Assembly (NCBI GenBank): GCA_016712635.1
Contig: JADJQS010000008.1
Span: forward strand, 63,104-127,103
Direction of reading: 5' to 3'
DNA: 64,000 nucleotides
DNA from: Gammaproteobacteria bacterium
Lineage (GTDB): Bacteria; Pseudomonadota; Gammaproteobacteria; SZUA-140
Shown here: one piece after another, positions 57,582 to 64,000 of the stretch
Layout of the letters: each line of letters opens with the position of its first letter
Position numbering within the stretch: position 1 is the stretch's first letter
Position numbers and translations under genes: made by a program
The notes under the pieces: generated by a model
The model's input: only the letters and a program-made list of their open reading frames with translations
What the model was told of the DNA's origin: nothing
Database searches by the model: none

Positions 57582-58772
57582 ATGAGCATGCGCGAAACGC
57601 AGCTTCCCGCGCCCGATGCGGCAGCGCGCGAGCACAGCGGGCGGATGACGGCGCGGATCCGGGCCGAAGTGGAACGCTGCGGTGGCCGCATCCCGTTCGC
57701 CCGCTACATGGAGCTCGCGCTCTATGCCCCCGGGCTGGGGTATTACAGCGCCGGCAGCGCCAAGCTGGGCGCGGCGGGGGATTTTCTTACCGCGCCGGAG
57801 GTGTCGCCACTCTTCGCCTACTGCCTAGCGCGACAGTGCCGCCCGGCCCTGGAGTCTGCAGGGCCGGGGGAGATCCTGGAGTTCGGCGCAGGATCGGGGA
57901 TGCTCGCCTGTGACCTGCTGCGCGAGCTTGAAGGGCTCGGCGTTCTGCCGCAGCGCTATGCCATCGTCGAACTCAGCGCCGACCTCCGGCAGCGCCAGCA
58001 GACACTGCTGCAGGAGCGCATCCCGCACCTGCAGGATCGCGTCGTCTGGCTCGACAGCCTGCCCGAAACTCCGCTCAACGGGGTGATGCTTGCGAACGAA
58101 GTGATCGATGCCATGCCGGTGCACCGCCTGATCAGGCAGGACGGCTGGCGCGAGCTGTACGTCGTCTGGCAGGAGGGTGCCGGGTTCGCGTACGAGCCGG
58201 GGCCGCTGAGCGATGCGCGTTTGAATGAACGCATCGGGACGATCGTCGCGGCGCTGGGCGCGGAAAATTTCCCGGAAGGCTATGAGCTCGAGATCAACCT
58301 TGCCGCGGAAGGCTGGCTCGCTGCTGCGGCGCGCTCGCTCGGGCGCGGCATGATCCTGCTCGCGGACTACGGCTATCCCCGGCGCGGGTTTTATCACCCG
58401 GAGCGGCGCACCGGAACGCTCAGGTGCTACTACCGGCACCGCATGCACGCGGATGCGCTGATCCTCACCGGACTGCAGGACATTACCGCCGACGTGGAAT
58501 TTACCGCCCTGGCCGAGGCCGCGACCGGCGCAGGACTCGAGGTCGCCGGGTATACCACCCAGGCGTACTTCCTGCTTGGCGGGGGGCTCATGGAATGGGA
58601 GCAGCGTCTGGTGAACGCCGCCCCGGTCGAGCGCATCAGGCTGGCGCAGCAGATCCGGCGCCTGACCCTGCCCGGGGAGATGGGCGAGCGGCTCAAACTC
58701 ATGGCGCTGACGCGCGGCTTCAGCGGGCCGCTGCCCGGATTTTCATTCAGGGATGAAAGGGGCAGGTTGTAG
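57582..58772 (+). CDS. MidA/NDUFAF7-family SAM-dependent methyltransferase (DUF185)
   Basis: YYSAGSAKLGAAGDFLTAPEVSPLF, ILEFGAGSG, ANEVIDAMP and DYGY motifs. Confidence 0.8.
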   Translation: MSMRETQLPAPDAAAREHSGRMTARIRAEVERCGGRIPFARYMELALYAPGLGYYSAGSAKLGAAGDFLTAPEVSPLFAYCLARQCRPALESAGPGEILEFGAGSGMLACDLLRELEGLGVLPQRYAIVELSADLRQRQQTLLQERIPHLQDRVVWLDSLPETPLNGVMLANEVIDAMPVHRLIRQDGWRELYVVWQEGAGFAYEPGPLSDARLNERIGTIVAALGAENFPEGYELEINLAAEGWLAAAARSLGRGMILLADYGYPRRGFYHPERRTGTLRCYYRHRMHADALILTGLQDITADVEFTALAEAATGAGLEVAGYTTQAYFLLGGGLMEWEQRLVNAAPVERIRLAQQIRRLTLPGEMGERLKLMALTRGFSGPLPGFSFRDERGRL

Positions 58773-58846
58773 GGGGGTAGCCGCAAGCTTGCCGTCATCC
58801 CCGTGACCGATAAAGGTCGCGCCGACCATCGCGCCCGAAGCTTGCC

Positions 58847-59797
58847 TTATGTTACGGCTTCGCCGGCTGCCTGGCGGTCGGCGTGATAGGAGGAGCGGAC
58901 CATTGGCCCGCTCGCCACGCTGCTGAAGCCGAGGTCGCGCGCCCGCGCGGCGAGGTAATCGAACTCCTCGGGCGGGACGAAGCGCGCCACGGGCAGGTGG
59001 AACTTGCTCGGCTGCAGATACTGGCCCAGCGTGATCATGTCGCAGTCGTGCGCGCGGAGGTCGCGCATCACGGCCTCGATCTCCTCCAGCGTTTCGCCCA
59101 GGCCGAGCATGAGGCCGGACTTGGTCGGGATCGCGGGACAGCGCTGCTTGAAGCGCTGCAACAGCTCCAGTGACCACGCGTAATCCGCGCCCGGGCGCGC
59201 CTGCAGGTACAGGCGGGGGACTGTTTCCAGATTGTGATTGAAGACATCGGGCGGCGTCTGCGCCAGCAGGGCAAGGGCCGGTTCCATGCGGCCGCGGAAG
59301 TCCGGCACCAGGATCTCGATGCGCGTGTCCGGGCTGCGTCCGCGTACCGCCTTGATGCATTCCGCGAAGTGCGCCGCCCCACCGTCGCGCAGATCGTCGC
59401 GGTCCACCGAGGTGATCACGACGTACTTCAGCCCCATGGCGCGGATCGTAACCGCCAGGTTTTCCGGTTCGGCCGCGTCGAGCGGTCCCGGCTTGCCATG
59501 GGCGACATCGCAGAACGGGCAGCGGCGCGTACAGATGGCCCCCATGATCATGAAGGTCGCGGTGCCGTGGCTGAAGCACTCCCCGAGGTTCGGACAGGAG
59601 GCTTCCTCGCACACGGTGTGGAGGTGGTGGCTGCGCAGGATCGCCTTGAGTTCCGCCACGCGGGCCCCGGACGGCGCCTGCGCCCGGATCCACTTCGGCT
59701 TGCGCGGCGGCGTTACCGTGGGTTCGATCTTGACGGGGATGCGCGCCACCTTGGCTGCGCCGCGCAGTTTGTTGCGTTCCTGAGAGGGGTCGGCCAT
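58847..59797 (-). CDS. lipA: Lipoyl synthase
   Basis: Has [12 protein letters not shown] and [10 protein letters not shown] (two Fe-S cluster motifs) and a SSY motif near the C-terminus. The ATG at 59797 is chosen as the start. Confidence 0.95.
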   Translation of the reverse strand: MADPSQERNKLRGAAKVARIPVKIEPTVTPPRKPKWIRAQAPSGARVAELKAILRSHHLHTVCEEASCPNLGECFSHGTATFMIMGAICTRRCPFCDVAHGKPGPLDAAEPENLAVTIRAMGLKYVVITSVDRDDLRDGGAAHFAECIKAVRGRSPDTRIEILVPDFRGRMEPALALLAQTPPDVFNHNLETVPRLYLQARPGADYAWSLELLQRFKQRCPAIPTKSGLMLGLGETLEEIEAVMRDLRAHDCDMITLGQYLQPSKFHLPVARFVPPEEFDYLAARARDLGFSSVASGPMVRSSYHADRQAAGEAVT

Positions 59798-59847
59798 GGC
59801 AGGTGGGCCCGTTCGGCTGTGCATGCGCCCGGGGCACCGGGCGGTGT

Positions 59848-60519
59848 TCAACCCGCCGTGGCGACGGGATCGGATGCGACGATTCTATCGTATTTCAACC
59901 GCCCTGTCAGAACAGCGAGGAAATCCCCGCCGATCCTGGGCAGATCCGCCGCGCTGAAGTCGCCCAGCGCGGAGAGCTGCGTCACCCTGAGCCCGGGATA
60001 ACCGCAAGGGTTGATGCGCGCGAACGGCGCCAGGTCCATGTCCACGTTCAGGCTTACGCCGTGATAGCTGCAGCCGCGCCGTACACGCAGGCCGAGCGCC
60101 GCGATCTTCGCATCGGCGACGTACACCCCGGGGGCGCCGGGACGCCGGGCCGCCCGGATGTCATACCCGGCGAGCAGCTCGATGACGCATTCCTCGAGCA
60201 GGTGTACGAAATGTTTGATGCCGAGCCCGCCGCGGCGCAGGTCGAGCAGCGGGTAGATGACGAGCTGGCCGGGGCCGTGGTAAGTGACCTGGCCGCCGCG
60301 GTCGGTGCGCACGACCGGTATCGGTCCGGGATCGAGCACATGATCGGACAGGGCCGCGCGACCGAGGGTGAACACGGGCGTATGTTCCACCAGCCAGACC
60401 TCGTCATCGGAGGCTGCGGCGCGGGCCTCGGTGAATCCCTGCATGGCGGCTACGACGGGGGCGTAGTCCCGCCGCCCCAGCCGTCTCACCGTCAATCGTT
60501 GCGCCGGTTGCGGGTTCAC
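59848..60519 (-). CDS. lipB: Octanoyltransferase
   Basis: [34 protein letters not shown] and HG..LNV. Confidence 0.93.
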   Translation of the reverse strand: MNPQPAQRLTVRRLGRRDYAPVVAAMQGFTEARAAASDDEVWLVEHTPVFTLGRAALSDHVLDPGPIPVVRTDRGGQVTYHGPGQLVIYPLLDLRRGGLGIKHFVHLLEECVIELLAGYDIRAARRPGAPGVYVADAKIAALGLRVRRGCSYHGVSLNVDMDLAPFARINPCGYPGLRVTQLSALGDFSAADLPRIGGDFLAVLTGRLKYDRIVASDPVATAG

Positions 60520-60800
60520 AGCACCATGAGGATGTCGTCATGCGCGCTCAGGGCGCGGTAGATGTCGTCGAGCTGGGCGCGGCTGGTGGCACGGATTTGG
60601 ACTGTGACGGACTGGTAGTTGCCGTTCCGGCTGAGCCGGCTGCTCACCGCGCCCTCGCCCAGGTCGGGCGCGTGGGCGCGCGTGAGGGTGAAGACGATGG
60701 CATCGAGGTCGCACCCCGCCTTTCCGACCACCTTGATGGGGAAGTCGCAGGGGAACTCCAGCAGACTGTCAGCGGAGGGGTCCACGGATGGCGTCGCCAT
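60516..60800 (-). CDS. ybeD: YbeD-family (DUF493) protein
   Basis: 94 aa with [13 protein letters not shown]. It sits in the conserved position upstream of lipB with an overlapping stop/start. Confidence 0.85.
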   Translation of the reverse strand: MATPSVDPSADSLLEFPCDFPIKVVGKAGCDLDAIVFTLTRAHAPDLGEGAVSSRLSRNGNYQSVTVQIRATSRAQLDDIYRALSAHDDILMVL

Positions 60801-61647
60801 GCTCCTGATAGTCGCGCTTGTACTCCTGGTACCAGTCGATCATGCGCAGCCACAGCGGTCCCGGCGCGCCGGGACCGACCGGGTTGCCGTCGAGCCGGGT
60901 CACGGGGAGTATTTCCTTGGTCGAACTCGACAGCCAGATCTCGTCCGCCCGCGCCAGGTCGTCCGCCGAGATCGCCGCCTCGCGCTGCGGTACCCGGTGG
61001 TGTGCGGCGAGCTCCATGATCAGGTCGCGCGTGATGCCGGGCAGCAGCCGCGGGCCCTTGGGCGGGGTGACCAGCACGCCGTCCCGGACGATGAACAGGT
61101 TGCTGGCGGCACCCTCGGTCGCCTCGCCGTCGCGGATCAGGATGGCCTCCGCCGCCCCGCTGTCGAGCGCCTGCTGGCGCAGCAGGATGTTCGGGAGGAG
61201 GGCGATGGTCTTGAGATGACAGTACTGCCAGCGGATGTCGGGCAGAGTAATGGCCGCGATGCCCGCCTGCCGGATCTCTGCCGGGATCGGCGCCAGGGGA
61301 GAGCTCATGGCGAATACGGTGGGCGTGCAATCGCGCGGGAAGGCGTGGTCGCGTTTCGCGGCGCCGCGCGTGATCTGCAGGTAGACGGACTGGTTGCCGC
61401 CCTGGTTGCGTTCCACCAGACCGTGCAGGATCCGCGTCCACTCCGCATGCGTGTGCGGCGATGCGAGGCGGATGCCCGCCAGGCTGCCGTCGAGGCGGAG
61501 CAGGTGTTCCTCCAGCCGGAACAGGCGTCCGCCGTACACCGGGATCACCTCGTACACGCCGTCGCCGAAGATGAAGCCGCGATCGAGCGGGGAGATCGTC
61601 GCCTGTTCGAGCGGCAGGAATTCACCGTTGAGATAGACCGTGCCCAT
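60769..61647 (-). CDS. dat: Class IV aminotransferase, D-amino-acid (D-alanine) aminotransferase-like
   Basis: DRGFIFGDGVYEVIPVY, RLF.L.EHL.RL and the HLKT catalytic Lys. The ATG at 61647 is chosen. The exact substrate is not resolved. Confidence 0.75.
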   Translation of the reverse strand: MGTVYLNGEFLPLEQATISPLDRGFIFGDGVYEVIPVYGGRLFRLEEHLLRLDGSLAGIRLASPHTHAEWTRILHGLVERNQGGNQSVYLQITRGAAKRDHAFPRDCTPTVFAMSSPLAPIPAEIRQAGIAAITLPDIRWQYCHLKTIALLPNILLRQQALDSGAAEAILIRDGEATEGAASNLFIVRDGVLVTPPKGPRLLPGITRDLIMELAAHHRVPQREAAISADDLARADEIWLSSSTKEILPVTRLDGNPVGPGAPGPLWLRMIDWYQEYKRDYQEHGDAIRGPLR

Positions 61648-61657
61648 TGCGCATTCC

Positions 61658-62857
61658 TTATTCGAAGAACAGCCGGATCTCATCGGTGATGCGCTGGGCG
61701 AAATTCCCTTCCGGGATCTCGCGCAACGCGACCAGCGGTCGTTCCGCGACGCTGGCGCCGTCGAGGGTCACCACAACGGTACCGAGCTGCTGTCCCTTGT
61801 GCACCGGCGCGGTGATCGTCGAGTCCATATTCATGGTGGCGTTCAGCCGCTGGTACTGGTTGCGAGGAATGGTGACATAGAGGTCCTGGGCCAGGCCGAG
61901 CGGCAGCTCCTCGGTAATTCCTTTCCACACCCGGGCCGTAGTCATCGATGACCCGGCGCCGTACAGGCGGTGGGTTTCGAAGAAGCGGAAACCGTAATTG
62001 AGGAGTTTTTGCGTCTCCTGCACGCGGGCGTCGTCGCTTTTCGTGCTCAGGACGACGGATATGAGCCGCATGTTGTCGCGCAGCGCCGAGGTGACCAGGC
62101 AGTAGCCGGCGGACTCGGTGTGGCCGGTTTTTACCCCGTCCACCGACTCGTCGCGCCACAGCAGCCGGTTGCGGTTGTGCTGGGTGATGTTGTTGTAGGT
62201 GAACTCCCGGAGCGAATACAGCTTGTAGTCCTCGGGAAACGAGGCGATCAGCGCGCGGCTGAGCAGCGCGAGGTCGTAGGCGGTGGTGTAATGATCGGGG
62301 TCCGGCATCCCGCTGCTGTTCGTGAAGTGGGTGTCTTTCATCTGCAGGGTACCCGCGAAATTGTTCATCAGTTCCGCGAAGGCGCCCTCGCTCCCGGCCA
62401 CCTGTTCGGCGAGGGCGACGGTGGCGTCGTTGCCGGACTGCACGATCATCCCCTTGAGCAGGTCTTCCACGCTCACCTGTTTGTTGACTTCGACGAACAT
62501 GCGCGAGCCCTGGGTACGCCAGGCATTCTCGCTGATGGTTACCGGCTGGTCCCGGCTGATCGTCCCGTTCTGCAGTTCGTTGAAGACGATGTAGGCCGTC
62601 ATCAGCTTGGTCAGGCTCGCCGGTTCCATGCGCGTGCGGGAGTTGCTCTCGGCGAGGATGTCGCCGCTGTTGAAGTCGAGCAGCACGTAGCTGCCGGCGT
62701 TGATGGACGGGGGCGCCGGTGTCGACTGCGCCGGCGAGGGCGCGGCGGCGCCGGCCGCGGCGGCGTACAGGGGCAGAACGGCTGCCAGGACTGCGCACAG
62801 GCGCCTGGAAATGCATTTGCCGGTCCGGACATGGGCATCGGTTCGGTGCTGGTTCAT
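61658..62857 (-). CDS. dacA: D-alanyl-D-alanine carboxypeptidase (PBP5/6 family)
   Basis: Signal peptide, then SLTKLMT (SxxK), SGND (SxN) and KTGHT (KTG), plus a C-terminal beta-sandwich domain. The ATG at 62857 is chosen. Confidence 0.9.
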   Translation of the reverse strand: MNQHRTDAHVRTGKCISRRLCAVLAAVLPLYAAAAGAAAPSPAQSTPAPPSINAGSYVLLDFNSGDILAESNSRTRMEPASLTKLMTAYIVFNELQNGTISRDQPVTISENAWRTQGSRMFVEVNKQVSVEDLLKGMIVQSGNDATVALAEQVAGSEGAFAELMNNFAGTLQMKDTHFTNSSGMPDPDHYTTAYDLALLSRALIASFPEDYKLYSLREFTYNNITQHNRNRLLWRDESVDGVKTGHTESAGYCLVTSALRDNMRLISVVLSTKSDDARVQETQKLLNYGFRFFETHRLYGAGSSMTTARVWKGITEELPLGLAQDLYVTIPRNQYQRLNATMNMDSTITAPVHKGQQLGTVVVTLDGASVAERPLVALREIPEGNFAQRITDEIRLFFE

Positions 62858-63000
62858 GGTATGTGTCGACACTCGCGTAGTTCTCCTGGTTCGGTTGTTG
62901 CGGCGCGGTGCGGGCCGGCGCCGTGGGTCTGAATATGTGTCCAGCCAAGGATGGACAGGTGCATGGTGGTTTCTCCGGACGGTCGCGACCGTCCGTTGTC

Positions 63001-63843
63001 TCAATCGATCACGATGCGGGAATCGTCGAGGCCGAGCTGGGCCAGCTCCCGGCTCATGCGGTCGGCCTCATCGACCCCGGCGATCGGGCCAATGCGGACG
63101 CGATATACGGTGCGCTGCTCGATTTCGGCACGCACGATCCGCACGTTCGCGTGCGCCACGGTGCCCAGGCGTGTACGCAGCCGTTCGGCGTTCTCGGCGC
63201 TGCTGAAAGCCCCTATTTGCAGATAGAGGCCGGGATTGCCCGGGTGGGCGGCCATGTCAGGGACCGCCCTCCGCTGCGTCTGGTACGTCGCCGGATCCAG
63301 CGCGCGCACCTCCACCAGGCCGGTGCCTTCGGCGGTGATGCCGAGCTTGATCGCAGCCGCGTAGGAGAGATCGATCAGCCGGTTGTCCTTGAATGGGCCG
63401 CGGTCATTGATCTTGACCACCACCGTGCGGCCGTTCCTGAGGTTGGTGACCTGCGCGTAGGTCGGCAGCGGCAGGGTTTTGTGCGCTGCCGTCATTGCAT
63501 ACATATCGTAGGGTTCGCCGCTCGAGGTGCGCCTGCCGTGGAACTTGGTGCCGTACCACGACGCCACCCCGCGCTCGACATAACCGGCATTGTTGCTCAG
63601 CACGTAATAGCGCTGGTAGCCGACGAGGTAGGACGCGGGATTGCCGTATTTGCTGAACGGTTCGGCCCGCGGCACCGCGTCCGGGATGCGTGACACGTCC
63701 ACGACATGGCCGGGGGCGCCGTCGGACGGTTCGATCCGGGTCAGGTCCGGCAGCGTGCCGCAGGCGGACAGGGCAACGGCGAAGATTGCGCCGAATACGG
63801 GGCGGATGGGCATCCGCGGGGCGGTGAGCGGAAACTCTGGCAT
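63001..63843 (-). CDS. rlpA: Septal ring lytic transglycosylase RlpA (DPBB + SPOR domains), lipoprotein
   Basis: Lipobox ALSAC, DPBB core (GVASWYG..FHGRRTSSGE.YDM...TAAHKTLPLPT...VTN..NGR..VV.INDRGPF) and a C-terminal SPOR domain (YLQIGAF....AE.L). Confidence 0.92.
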   Translation of the reverse strand: MPEFPLTAPRMPIRPVFGAIFAVALSACGTLPDLTRIEPSDGAPGHVVDVSRIPDAVPRAEPFSKYGNPASYLVGYQRYYVLSNNAGYVERGVASWYGTKFHGRRTSSGEPYDMYAMTAAHKTLPLPTYAQVTNLRNGRTVVVKINDRGPFKDNRLIDLSYAAAIKLGITAEGTGLVEVRALDPATYQTQRRAVPDMAAHPGNPGLYLQIGAFSSAENAERLRTRLGTVAHANVRIVRAEIEQRTVYRVRIGPIAGVDEADRMSRELAQLGLDDSRIVID

Positions 63844-63850
63844 CTGCGTC

Positions 63851-64000
63851 TTAGTTGGGCGCCACGATTTCCTGTGGCTGGTTCCGTATCTCCTCGCTGA
63901 GCTGATAGACCGCCATGGCGTATAACGGGCTGCGATTATAACGCGTGATCACGTAGAAGTTGTTGAAGCCCAGCCAGTATTCCGGGGCGGCCTCCCCGTC
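63851..64000 (-). CDS. mltB: Lytic murein transglycosylase B, C-terminal fragment (runs off the window)
   Basis: Minus-strand translation gives ...[35 protein letters not shown]...-stop, matching the conserved MltB C-terminus. It sits upstream of rlpA as in many proteobacteria. Confidence 0.75.
   Translation of the reverse strand, partial: DGEAAPEYWLGFNNFYVITRYNRSPLYAMAVYQLSEEIRNQPQEIVAPN

Overview
64-kb chromosomal segment of a GC-rich Gram-negative genome, probably gammaproteobacterial judging by gene content and order. The flanks (1-24 kb and 51.4-64 kb; about 65 % GC in two hand-counted 60-nt samples) carry housekeeping genes. On the left: lptM-lysA, trmL, a pyrD-like gene, ntrB, a frameshifted ntrC, glnA, glyQS, gmhB, plsC and rsmA-pdxA-surA-lptD. 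On the right: tsaD, plsY, folBK, lipAB, ybeD, dat, a dacA-like gene, rlpA and a partial mltB. Between them, about 24.0-51.4 kb has lower GC (47-57 % in hand-counted samples) and looks accessory. It holds an HDOD protein, an operon of a Kelch propeller plus two MoeB/ThiF E1-like enzymes (one with an N-terminal rhodanese), and moaACDE. It also holds a five-gene Ni/Co ECF-type importer (nikK/L/M/Q/O-like) whose ATPase has an extremely His-rich tail, a copZ-csoR-copA copper efflux operon, nikR and a histidine phosphatase. A seven-gene envelope block follows: an orphan secreted protein, a LolA-like protein, an RHH/Zn-ribbon regulator, a DUF1302-like OMP, another OMP and a TPR/beta-barrel fusion. 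Next to it is an ABC-2 exporter whose ATPase carries a Trp-rich repeat tail. I found no rRNA, tRNA, CRISPR array, integrase or transposase. All family assignments come from motif recognition by eye; no searches were run. Start codons are best guesses from SD spacing, signal peptides and gene overlaps.
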